From contig OZ244719.1 in NCBI GenBank assembly GCA_965219095.1, positions 320,001 through 384,000 on the forward strand: a DNA stretch of 64,000 bases, given 5' to 3'. The notes beneath the pieces were generated by a model. The model was not told where the DNA came from and did no database searches. It saw nothing but the letters and a program-made list of their open reading frames with translations. Position numbers and translations under genes: made by a program. Origin of the DNA: Bdellovibrionales bacterium (lineage in GTDB: Bacteria > Bdellovibrionota > Bdellovibrionia > Bdellovibrionales > UBA1609). Below are positions 43,982 through 55,164 of this stretch, piece after piece. Every line of letters starts with the position of its first letter. Position 1 is the stretch's first letter.

Positions 43982-44363
43982 ATGAACAAGAATGAAAAGC
44001 CTAAAAACGACAATCACAAGGCTCTTTCAAGAGCGAAGATCAGATAAAGCTTCTTAGAAACACAATTTGTCGTCAATCCATAGAGCTTAAGAAAGCACAA
44101 AAAGAAATAAAATGTTTAGAAAAAGATTACAAGCATTTAGAAGAAGAGCGTGAGCGTTTAGAAGAAGGGTGTGAGCGTTTAGAAGAAGAGAGCAAGCGTT
44201 TAAAAAAAGATAATGAACATTTTAAAAAAAGAAAATAAGAAACTAAAAGAGGAGCTTCAATCAATACGCAAGCCTCCTAAGTGGGCTAAAAAGAACAAGA
44301 ATAAAAATCCAAATGGAAGCCTTAAAAAAGGAAAAAAGAAGGGTCCTAAAAAGGGTCATAAAG
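43982..44363 (+). pseudogene. IS66 (single-ORF, ISBst12-like) transposase N-terminus, degraded
   Basis: Heptad coiled coil then KPP..KKKGPKKGH; probable partner of 51085-51841. Confidence 0.6.
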
Positions 44364-44824
44364 TGTAATAGTCGCAACTTAATCTGACACGTCTCGAAAT
44401 GTCAAAGAGATGAAAAGAGGTTACCCTTTTAAATAAACAATACCACCCCAAAGGGTGGAGAAAGGATAACAAAAATGACATATCAAGAAAGAATTATAAA
44501 ATCAAAAGTAGGTCTTTTGCAATTAGCAGAAGAGTTAGGCAATGTATCTCAAGCTTGTAAGGTGATGGGCTTTTCAAGAGATACATTTTATCGTTACAAG
44601 ACACTCAAAGAGGAAGGAGGTTTAGAATCATTAAGAGAGCAAAGTCGTAGAAAGCCTAATTTAAAAAACAGAGTTGATCAAACGACAGAAGAGGCTTGTT
44701 TAAGGATCGCTATAGAACTTCCTGCCTATGGACAGTTGAGAGCGTCCAATGAGTTAAGGAAAAAAGGAATTTTTATTTCTCCTGCAGGAGTTAGAGGGGT
44801 CTGGCTGAGAAATAATTTAGAGAC
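44364..44824 (+). mobile_element. IS481-family 5' part (HTH ORF from 44475), truncated by IS3
   Basis: TGT end; LLQLAEELGNVSQACKVMGFSRDTFYRY. Confidence 0.92.
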
Positions 44825-45589
44825 TGAACTTCCCCTGTTTCTGCGGACAGTCAATTTTCTCTTAAAGTCTCCATAAAATGGAGGTAAAAGAAAGAATGGA
44901 AAAAGTAAAACAGTACTCGGAAGAGTTTAAAAAGCAAGCCATTGAATTGGCAGAGGAAATAGGTGCAAAGGAAGCCTCAGAGAAGCTAGGACTGAGAAAT
45001 TTCCAAGTGATAAGCTCTTGGAAGCGTTTTCTAAAGCCTGAAGTAGAAAGACAAGCTTCCCATGACTTGGCTTCGGCATTGGAGGAAATAAAGAGGTTAA
45101 AAAAGGAGCTGGTCTATGAGAGGCGGAGTGTAGGTATATTGAAAGAGGCAGCGGCTTTTTTTTCAAAGGAAATCCTGAAATGAGATTTAAGGCTATGTTT
45201 TATGTAAAAGAGAAAGGGCATCCAGTGCTTCGCATTTGCGAATTATACCATTTCCAAAAATTAATTCGACATTCTTTTAACGCATAGCGCCCTGGCTTTT
45301 TGATCAAACTCCTGACTTCGACACAACACACTGCAACAAGTGAATAATTTCAAATAGTTACAATTTTTGGGGCCACAGGAAAGGGTTTTTTAAAGGTCAG
45401 CAGATTCAGCAGATATTGTGGGAATGAGGCTCATAAAAGAGTCTCTTTTAAGCGAAAAAGCACTATAAATTTCTTCTACTTCCTTTGTACAACCTGAGGG
45501 AAGGCGATAAAGTTTTTTCGTCTTTTTTTCTTTTAAAATACTGTACTGATCTCTTTTTAAGATCTTTCTCATTCTTTCAAAGCTTAAAT

Positions 45590-46050
45590 TGTAATAGTCG
45601 CAACTTAATCTGACACGTCTCGAAATGTCAAAGAGATGAAAAGAGGTTACCCTTTTAAATAAACAATACCACCCCAAAGGGTGGAGAAAGGATAACAAAA
45701 ATGACATATCAAGAAAGAATTATAAAATCAAAAGTAGGTCTTTTGCAATTAGCAGAAGAGTTAGGCAATGTATCTCAAGCTTGTAAGGTGATGGGCTTTT
45801 CAAGAGATACATTTTATCGTTACAAGACACTCAAAGAGGAAGGAGGTTTAGAATCATTAAGAGAGCAAAGTCGTAGAAAGCCTAATTTAAAAAACAGAGT
45901 TGATCAAACGACAGAAGAGGCTTGTTTAAGGATCGCTATAGAACTTCCTGCCTATGGACAGTTGAGAGCGTCCAATGAGTTAAGGAAAAAAGGAATTTTT
46001 ATTTCTCCTGCAGGAGTTAGAGGGGTCTGGCTGAGAAATAATTTAGAGAC
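45590..46050 (+). mobile_element. Second copy of the IS481 5' part (ORF from 45701)
   Basis: Identical to 44364-44824, including the IS3 junction. Confidence 0.92.
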
Positions 46051-47301
46051 TGAACTTCCCCTGTTTCTGCGGACAGTCAATTTTCTCTTAAAGTCTCCAT
46101 AAAATGGAGGTAAAAGAAAGAATGGAAAAAGTAAAACAGTACTCGGAAGAGTTTAAAAAGCAAGCCATTGAATTGGCAGAGGAAATAGGTGCAAAGGAAG
46201 CCTCAGAGAAGCTAGGACTGAGAAATTTCCAAGTGATAAGCTCTTGGAAGCGTTTTCTAAAGCCTGAAGTAGAAAGACAAGCTTCCCATGACTTGGCTTC
46301 GGCATTGGAGGAAATAAAGAGGTTAAAAAAGGAGCTGGTCTATGAGAGGCGGAGTGTAGGTATATTGAAAGAGGCAGCGGCTTTTTTTTCAAAGGAAATC
46401 CTGAAATGAGATTTAAGGCTATGTTTTATGTAAAAGAGAAAGGGCATCCAGTGCTTCGCATTTGCGAATTATTAAGAGGATCTCGTTCTGGTTTTTATAG
46501 TTTTTTAAAAACCAGGGGAAAGCTTGAAAAGGATAAAAATCTGGAGAAAAACATAGAATCTATTTTTAAAAAAAATAAAGGCTGTTATGGTTCCCCCAGG
46601 GTGTATAGGGAATTAAAGCGTTGCGGAGTGAGTGCTGGAGAAAACAAAGTAGCTCGAATTATGAAACTAAAGAATCTCAGTGCCCGTCAGAAAAAACCCT
46701 ATGTTCCTAGAACAACAAAGAATAACCCTCTCATGATTAAGTCTCCTCGGTTGTTTAAGACAGGACAGAGCCAAGCAGGAAAAGAAAACCAGGTATGGTG
46801 TTCGGATTTAACCTATATTCCTTTTAGAGATAAATTTCTGTATTTGGTTGTATTTTTAGATGTCTATAATCGAGAGATTAAGTCTTGGAAGCTCTGTGAG
46901 AGCTTGGACGGGGTTCATTCAAAACAGGCTCTGAGAGCCGCAGTCCAATCTGTTTCTGGGAACTTAGAGGGCTTGATAATCCACTCGGATCAAGGGGTTC
47001 AATATTGTTGTGAAGGGTTTAGAAAAGAATTGAAATTCTTTGGCCTCAAGCAATCTATGTCTAGGAAAGGAAATTGTTATGATAATGCGTTTGTGGAGAG
47101 CTTTTTCCATACGTTGAAGGATGAACTGGAATACAAAGACTGTACAACAAAGGAAGAGTTGGAGAAAAAAATTGCAATTTACATGGATTGGTATAACAAG
47201 GTAAGAATGCATTCTTCCTTGAAATACATGAGCCCAAAAGAATTTAAACAAAGGAGGGCTTTAAGAACATAAAAACTGTCCACTTTTTTGGGGGAAGATC
47301 A
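46051..47301 (+). mobile_element. IS3-family element, full length (orfA 46104..46409, orfB 46406..47272)
   Basis: Both IRs present; flanks gac/aga are not duplicated. Confidence 0.96.
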
Positions 47302-48415
47302 AGATTCTACCAGTGTAGCCCCCTCACTTGTATTGCCCGGAAAAAGTTCATAGCTTATAGGATGGCCTTGTGAGTTTGTCATAAGTGCCAAAACAACCTG
47401 TGTCTCTTTAAATTTACAATCTTTACTAAAACCAAACCTGCGAATCTCATCCTCTGAAAAGCTCTCAAAATACAAGCTCCTCACATCATAAAGCAAAACA
47501 TCCACCTCATGGTTAAACAAAGACAAGGTGTTCTCAGATACCTTTTTCTTCGAGGTCTCAATAAAAGGATAAAAACGATCCATAGCCCTATAAACTTTCT
47601 CTAAAGGAATCTGTCGGTTAAAATCTTCAAAAAGTGTTTCTACACTACCTCTTTTTGATTCTGGATTAAAAACTCTTGATAAAACACAGTGCTTTAAAAT
47701 ATCATTCCACTCTAAATCTTTCTTTGTACCCTCAATCAAATTTACAAAACCTAACTCAGCATAAAGCTCATTAAAAACTTTCTCAATACCACAAACAACA
47801 CGCTTTTTCTCCTCTAAAATACTGCCTGAAAACTGGAAATCTTTCTCACTCTTTCTTTTCTTCTCTTTCTTCTTCTCCTTAGGCCTTCTACCATAAACTA
47901 GCTTCTCACAACCTGGAAGCACAGGATTTCTTTGATTCTTAATGTCTATGATCAACTCTTCTGCTAACTTCTTAGCTTTTTTAACTTCCTTATCGCTTGC
48001 AAAAATACCCATAGAACGAATGGTCTTTTGTACGCACTTCCCTTTAAGCCAAACAGACTCTACAATCCGTACACTTTTTTTACCTTTAGACTTTGATGTT
48101 ACTTTTACAAACATTCTTTAAAAAGGCTAAACAACTTTTGCAAACTTGTAAAATGGGTCAGGGCCACAGAACCAACCTAAAATCTGTGTATAACTCCTTT
48201 AACTAAAAGCTAGAGGTAAAAGAACGAAAATATTTTTTTTTAACTCACTGTGTTGTGTCGAAGTCAGGAAAAAAGGAGCTGGTCTATGAGAGGCGGAGTG
48301 TAGGTATATTGAAAGAGGCAGCGGCTTTTTTTTCAAAGGAAATCCTGAAATGAGATTTAAGGCTATGTTTTATGTAAAAGAGAAAGGGCATCCAGTGCTT
48401 CGCATTTGCGAATTA

Positions 48416-49823
48416 TACCATTTCCAAAAATTAATTCGACATTCTTTTAACGCATAGCGCCCTGGCTTTTTGATCAAACTCTGTTAAATTTTTAGAGTCA
48501 TGTCGAAAAAAGATTTAGTTACACAGATTCAAGGGTATGATTTTCTGGCTACTTACAAAGTGGAAAGAAATCCCAATATCAAGATAAAACTCCAAGCTTT
48601 GCAGCATATGCAAGAAGGAAAATCGATTCAAGAAACAGCAAGTATAGTTTTCTATCACCGTCACAGTATCAAATCCTGGTTACAGTCTTTTGTAGACTTT
48701 GATTACGAGGGGTTGATAGATCGAGAAGGCAGAGGGCGCAAGCCTCGTTTACCAGTGACAGAAGAAGAGAACTTCAAAATCAAGTTAGATGAAATTCAAG
48801 ACAAGAGAGAAGGAGGAAGCATAGGAGCAAAGGGAATACAGGAACTTTTAGCAAATGAATTTGACTGTTGCTATTCTCTTTCTGGGGTTTATGCTCTTTT
48901 AGACCGTCTTAATATTGTATGGATCAGTGGTCGTTCTCTTCATCCTAAAACTTCACAAGAAGCTATGGAACAGTTTAAGGAACATTTTCCAGAAGAGGTG
49001 AAGAAAATAAAGGAAAAGATTCAGACTCATAAAATAGAGATTTGGTGGCAGGATGAATGCAGAATAGGCCAGCAAGGTTCTTTAAGCAGGATTTGGGCAA
49101 GAAAAGGCACACGACCTAGAGTTGTGAGACAAAGACAATTTTTATCCACTTATATTTTTGGAGCAGTTTGTCCGGATAAAGATAAAGGCTGTGCTTGGAT
49201 CTTACCGGAATGTAATTCAGGGATGATGCAAATTCACTTAGATGAGATATCTAAAAATATTCAAGAAAACTATCATGGAATTGTTTTAATGGACAGAGCC
49301 AGTTGGCATACCACAGAGACTTTGATAGTTCCTAAGAATTTATCCCTGATGCCTTTACCTCCTTATAGTCCAGAATTAAATCCCATGGAACAAGTCTGGC
49401 AACAATTACGAAGGATCAAATTATCGAATGCATGTTTTAAAAACTATGACCATATACTGAATACTTGTTGTGAGGCCTGGAATACTTTTTGCGATCAGGA
49501 GGGCAGGATTAAAAAATTATGCACTCGATCTTGGGCAAAACAACAAGATGAATCAAGCTTGTAAATTAATTTGAACCTATAAATTAAATTGCGTAACTGA
49601 TTTTTTTCATTTTACATCTTAACCTCACTTTTTTACACTTATTTTAACCCATCAATCGATTCACACAACAATAGATATACATAAAATAAACATATCTTAT
49701 GAAAACTCAACCTCCCTTCAAAAAAAACTTTTTTAAAGCCTCCTAATTGAAACTTTTCCTTAAGTCAATTTTAAAATTTTAAATTTGAACATAAAAATGT
49801 CGAATTAATTTCTGTAATTGGTA
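48416..49823 (+). mobile_element. IS630-family element (type a), full length; transposase 48500..49564
   Basis: Both IRs; inserted into IS3 orfB at tta. Confidence 0.95.
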
Positions 49824-49931
49824 TTATTAAGAGGATCTCGTTCTGGTTTTTATAGTTTTTTAAAAACCAGGGGAAAGCTTGAAAAGGATAAAAATCTGGA
49901 GAAAAACATAGAATCTATTTTTAAAAAAAAA

Positions 49932-50351
49932 GGCTCCTCCCGGGAATCTGTGGGTGAAAAAGTAAAATTAAGGCATTTAATACAGTACAATTTAAAAAGT
50001 ATCCGCTGTTATTTTTTAAAAGAAGACTTCCGACAGTTATGGACCTATGTTCCACCAACTTGGGCTGGTAAATTTATAGACAGTTGGACGAGACGAGTCA
50101 TGCTTTCAAAAATTGAACCTATGAAAAGAAAAGCAAAAACCATACAAAGACATAAGCTACTTATTCTTAATTACTTCAAGGCTAAAAAAACCTTCTCCTC
50201 AGGGATTGTAGAGGGTTTAAACAACAAAGTAAAACTCACTATGAGAAAATCTTACGGCTTTAGAACCTCTAAAGCTATAAAAATCGCCTTATATCATAAC
50301 CTTGGAAAACTGCCAGAACCTCCGGGAACCCACAGATTCTTTCGAGGATGC
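49932..50351 (+). mobile_element. ISL3 internal-deletion derivative inserted in an A-run of IS3
   Basis: IRs ggctcctcccgggaatctgtggg / cccacagattctttcgaggatgc; carries the transposase C-terminus. Confidence 0.88.
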
Positions 50352-51084
50352 AAAAAAATAAAGGCTGTTATGGTTCCCCCAGGGTGTATAGGGAATTAAA
50401 GCGTTGCGGAGTGAGTGCTGGAGAAAACAAAGTAGCTCGAATTATGAAACTAAAGAATCTCAGTGCCCGTCAGAAAAAACCCTATGTTCCTAGAACAACA
50501 AAGAATAACCCTCTCATGATTAAGTCTCCTCGGTTGTTTAAGACAGGACAGAGCCAAGCAGGAAAAGAAAACCAGGTATGGTGTTCGGATTTAACCTATA
50601 TTCCTTTTAGAGATAAATTTCTGTATTTGGTTGTATTTTTAGATGTCTATAATCGAGAGATTAAGTCTTGGAAGCTCTGTGAGAGCTTGGACGGGGTTCA
50701 TTCAAAACAGGCTCTGAGAGCCGCAGTCCAATCTGTTTCTGGGAACTTAGAGGGCTTGATAATCCACTCGGATCAAGGGGTTCAATATTGTTGTGAAGGG
50801 TTTAGAAAAGAATTGAAATTCTTTGGCCTCAAGCAATCTATGTCTAGGAAAGGAAATTGTTATGATAATGCGTTTGTGGAGAGCTTTTTCCATACGTTGA
50901 AGGATGAACTGGAATACAAAGACTGTACAACAAAGGAAGAGTTGGAGAAAAAAATTGCAATTTACATGGATTGGTATAACAAGGTAAGAATGCATTCTTC
51001 CTTGAAATACATGAGCCCAAAAGAATTTAAACAAAGGAGGGCTTTAAGAACATAAAAACTGTCCACTTTTTTGGGGGAAGATCA

Positions 51085-51841
51085 AAGTTTGAGGGGGCTT
51101 ACGAAGATATCAAGTCCGTGTTATCGGAGCAGGGGCATTTGCATGCTGATGAGACAGGATGGAGAGTGAATGGGAACAGTCATTGGCTCTGGAGTTTTTC
51201 AAATTATGATGTGTCATTTTATAAGATTGATCAAACTCGTTCGCAAGATGTGGTTAAAAATGTTCTTGGAGAAGTTTTTCGTGGAGTTTTAGTTTCAGAT
51301 TTTTATGCTGCCTATAACAAGATTGACTGTCAAAAGCAAAAATGTTGGCCCCATCTTTTAAGGGAGCTTCATGGGCTAAAAGAAAAACATCCTAAAAGCA
51401 AAGAAATTGCTCAGTTTTCTAAGAGAGCCAAACTTTTTTTCAATAGGGGAAAAAGGTTGCAAAATGAATATGAAAGTAAAGAGAATATCGATCGAAAATA
51501 CAAACTGCTTATGCATGATACAGGAAAATGGGTATCAAAAAAATACAGAAGCCATGACTTACAAAGGCTTTGTAAACGTTTGGTCAAATATCGAGATGAA
51601 ATTTATACTTTCATTAAGACTGGAGTAGACCCCACTAACAATTATGGAGAGAGGGAAATTAGGCCTGCTGTACTTATGAGAAAAATCTCTTATTGCAATC
51701 GCTCAGAACAGGGAGCCCATAACCAAGAGGTTATGATGAGTGTCGCTCGAACGGCCAAAAAACAGAATCTATCCTTCGTTGACATGGCTACTGAATACCT
51801 CTCTAAACATTAAAATTACTAGAATTTAAGTGAACAGTTAC
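51085..51841 (+). pseudogene. IS66 (ISBst12-like) transposase C-terminal part (ORF 51118..51813) with right end
   Basis: HADETGW, LVSDFY.AY, CW.HL.R, PTNN..EREIR; ends gtgaacagttac. Confidence 0.9.
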
Positions 51842-51962
51842 CATCAGATTAGGGAATTTCTTAAAAATTTTTACATCAAAATGAAAAGTCATTCCTTCTT
51901 TCATAAAAAACTAATCTAAAGACTAAATAAAATCCACACTTTTTCTGCTAAACTATAAGAGA

Positions 51963-52832
51963 ATGAAATTTTATTTTGAAGAGTTCTTAAATGAACTCGC
52001 TTGGCTAAAATCTTACTCTCAGAATACACTCAATGCTTATAAAAGAGATCTTGATCTTTTTAGAAAATTTAAGATTTCTAGCAAACAAGATTTTTATGAT
52101 TTTTTAAAAAGTAAAAACCTTAGTTCTCGTTCTCAAGCCCGTGTCATAAGTTGTGTGAGAAGCTATTTTAAATTTTGTCATAGAAAATCTTTAAAATTAG
52201 AAAAACATGAAAAACTAAAAATACCTCTTTTTTCTCAGAACTTGCCTTATGCTTTAAGTGTGTTAGACTTCTCAAAGCTCATACAAGTAAGCTCTCATCC
52301 CTGTCCTCATAAAAAGAAAAGAAACCACCTGTTATTGAAAATTTTGTTTGGTTGTGCTCTCAGGGCCTCAGAGCTTGTTAATTTAAATATACAAGATTAT
52401 AGCCTTACAGAATCATGCTTGTTCGTTTTAGGAAAAGGCCAAAAAGAAAGACTTGTTCCTCTCACAGAACTTATAGATAAAGCTCTCAGAAGTTATATGC
52501 AAGATTCTTTAAAAATTTTAAGCCAAGATTCTAAAGCCTTGTTTGTCAACAATAAAGGAAAAAGGCTTCATAGAGTGGATTTGTGGAGATGGATCCGATG
52601 TTGGAGTCAAAAAGCAGACCTTAATTCAAAAATAAGTCCACATAAATTTCGCCATGGATGTGCGACCATCCTCTTAGAAAACGGAGCTGATTTACGCAGT
52701 ATACAAAGCCTGCTAGGACACTCCAGTGTTTCAACAACTCAAATTTACACTCATGTAACTCAAAATCAACTTAATAAAGATATACAAAAGCATCACCCTC
52801 TTTCAGAAATCAAAATCAAAAAATTGTCATAA
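51963..52832 (+). CDS. xerD: Xer-type tyrosine recombinase (XerD-like; XerC not excluded)
   Basis: S.NT..AY..DL, LRASEL, GKG.KER.VP, SPHKFRH, GADLR.IQ.LLGH...TTQIYTH. Confidence 0.75.
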   Translation: MKFYFEEFLNELAWLKSYSQNTLNAYKRDLDLFRKFKISSKQDFYDFLKSKNLSSRSQARVISCVRSYFKFCHRKSLKLEKHEKLKIPLFSQNLPYALSVLDFSKLIQVSSHPCPHKKKRNHLLLKILFGCALRASELVNLNIQDYSLTESCLFVLGKGQKERLVPLTELIDKALRSYMQDSLKILSQDSKALFVNNKGKRLHRVDLWRWIRCWSQKADLNSKISPHKFRHGCATILLENGADLRSIQSLLGHSSVSTTQIYTHVTQNQLNKDIQKHHPLSEIKIKKLS

Positions 52833-53005
52833 CCTCTCCTGCTGTGACTCTTTTAATTGGGTTACTAGGATTCTGAGTTTTTTATTAATTTTATTTTCCA
52901 CCACCTTAGGATGCAATCTCTAACTCTCTACCCACTGTTAATGACAAAAAATTTATAATTTTCAATAGCAAATTTTCTTTTCAATAATTTTAAGCTCTTC
53001 TATTT

Positions 53006-53539
53006 TAGTCGAACGTGAAAAATTGCCAAAAGTCTAGGTTAGTCGAACGTAAAAAAGTGTTTTTATGATTTTTTTAGATGTCATTCAAGGGGAAAATTTT
53101 TTTAATCCCTAAGAAAATTATAAACTTTTCAAAATCAACGAGCGAGAGCTTGTAAATTAAGTATAAAACACGAAAAAAGACGCACTTCTAGCATCAATTT
53201 TCTTAAGTTTTGAGATACTCCCGATAAAAGACTATTGATTGCATCACCGTTTGGACCTGAGCCTGTAAATTAAATTGTGTAACTGATTTTTTTCATTTTA
53301 AATTTTACCCTCAATTTTTCACATCAAACCTCCCCTTATATTCAATAGCAAATCTGTTCATAGCCAGTTTTCAGTCCCTTAAAGGCTTTGAGGTAAAAGT
53401 ATTTTCTGTCGGCTTCATTTTGTCTCCTTTTTTTGCAAGACTTTTTAATATTATTGTTCTTTTCTTGCAATTATTTTCTTTAGAAAAATCTAAAAAAGCA
53501 AGGTGTTTTAAAGACTTTGGGGTTTTTCACGGACGACTA
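53006..53539. mobile_element. IS5-family remnants (ends plus C-terminal GDAINSLLSG fragment on the minus strand)
   Basis: tagtcgaacgt ends near 53006 and 53040 and an inverted end near 53539; similar to 27954-28185. Confidence 0.65.
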
Positions 53540-53633
53540 TTTTAAAGTCTCTCAATTCGTTTCTTTACCAAAAGAGACACTTCGTCGTTCAAAAGAACAA
53601 GGAATATAAAGTGAAACAACAAAAACAAAATTT

Positions 53634-54809
53634 TTAAAGAAATAAATCTAACTGTTGATAATTTTTTGAAAGATCTTTTGTTATATTTTTTTGATGAGCT
53701 TCTAAAGTTCCACCACCAATTTCAAGAAGTTTAGAATCTCTCCACAAGCGACTCACTGTGTACTCCCCTACATAACCATAACCTCCTAAAACCTGTATAG
53801 CTGAATCAGCAACCTTTTTGCCCATAGTAGAGGCAAAAAGCTTTACAGCATCTGAATCCACCCTTGTATTAACCGAAGAATATCTCATCTGAGAAGCTAA
53901 ATTATAAATATAAGATTTAGCTGCTTGGTAAGATGCATAACTATCAGCAATGTGCTTTTGAATCTGTCCAAAGTGAGAAAGGTTTTTTCCAAAAGCTTCT
54001 CTTTGATTAGAGTATTTCACCATTTCTTTAATACACCGTTTAGCAATTCCTAAGGACATAGAGGCTAATGTAAGCCTTTCAATTTCCAGATTCCTCATCA
54101 TATGATCTAAAGAACTTCCCTCCTCTCCTACAAGAGATGAAAGCGGAGCCTTACAATTTTTAAATACAAGCTCTGATGTATTAGAAGCACGCATCCCCAG
54201 CTTATCTCTAATTTTTTGCCCTAAATGCAAACCTTCAAAACCCTTTTCAATAATAAAACTAGAGATACTTTCCCCTGTTTTCACATAAAGCCAGACAACA
54301 TCACAAAGAGTTCCTCTTTCATTTAATTGCCCGTTTGTAATCCACATCTTCTCACCGTTAATAAGGTAATGATCTCTTTGTAAACTTGCAGTTGTTTTCA
54401 TATTGAGTACGTCTGTTCCTACATGAGGTTCTGACATAGCCATAGCTCCTATGAATTCACCGGAGCACAACTGGGGTAAATACTTTTGTTTCTGATCTTC
54501 AGAAGCATTTTGACAAATGTTGTTGACGCATAAAACACTATGAGCTAAATAAGCAAGGCAAAATCCTGGATCAGAAAAACTTAACTCTTCATGTACAATC
54601 ACAGAAGCAAGAGGGTCAGCCCCTCCTCCCTCGTACTCTAAAGGCACCATAAGGCCTAAGAGGCCTAACTCAGCTAACTTCTTAAAAAGAACAAGATTAA
54701 ACTCCTCTTTTCTGTCAAATTCACTAGCTTGCGGTTCAATCTCTTTAAGAACAAAGTCCTCTACCATAGCTTTTAAAATACAGTGCTCTTCAGAAAGTTT
54801 GATTTTCAT
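53634..54809 (-). CDS. ivd: Isovaleryl-CoA dehydrogenase
   Basis: LAY.AHS.LC.N, AMSEP..G.DV, LRL-type DKLGMRAS.T.ELVF, RLWRDSKLLEIGGGT. Confidence 0.85.
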   Translation of the reverse strand: MKIKLSEEHCILKAMVEDFVLKEIEPQASEFDRKEEFNLVLFKKLAELGLLGLMVPLEYEGGGADPLASVIVHEELSFSDPGFCLAYLAHSVLCVNNICQNASEDQKQKYLPQLCSGEFIGAMAMSEPHVGTDVLNMKTTASLQRDHYLINGEKMWITNGQLNERGTLCDVVWLYVKTGESISSFIIEKGFEGLHLGQKIRDKLGMRASNTSELVFKNCKAPLSSLVGEEGSSLDHMMRNLEIERLTLASMSLGIAKRCIKEMVKYSNQREAFGKNLSHFGQIQKHIADSYASYQAAKSYIYNLASQMRYSSVNTRVDSDAVKLFASTMGKKVADSAIQVLGGYGYVGEYTVSRLWRDSKLLEIGGGTLEAHQKNITKDLSKNYQQLDLFL

Positions 54810-55164
54810 AAGAGCAAATTAGCAAAAATTACTGTTTTTTTCTAAAACTATCACTTTGTGTCATTCTTTTAAAAATCCCCCTACCCTTAAGGCCTTGTTT
54901 TCTAGAGCTCTAAAAATCACCTTCATATATAACCTAAGTTGTGATAGTTGCGACTTGTCTCTACCAATCTTTCCAGCAAGACTGTTTTCAAGGCGAAAAA
55001 AGTCTTTTTTTTCAGTAACTTAACTCTTCCTGATAGATTTCTTTAGAGACTTTTTTACGATGTGTTCGTGATTTTTTGAGAGACAAAATCAGTAAAAGTT
55101 TTCTTTTTTTCTCAGAACAAAATAAACAAAGGTTGTTCGTGATTTATTCGTGATTGCACAGCCT

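Larger units (their letters stand above)
45311..48268 (-). mobile_element. IS1634-family element (5' ORF 47302..48114; 3' end 45311-45589), centre replaced by IS481::IS3
   Basis: IRs cctgacttcgacacaacac at both ends; LYDV.SLYFES, GFSKD.K. Confidence 0.9.
44825..51084 (+). mobile_element. IS3 element fragmented by IS630a, IS1634 and ISL3 insertions (pieces 44825-45245, 48269-48415, 49824-49931, 50352-51084)
   Basis: The pieces join up to give the 1251-bp IS3 sequence. Confidence 0.88.

Noticed and set aside
43853..44047. 64-aa ORF
   Set aside because: Reads through two MITEs into the IS66 start; not an independent gene
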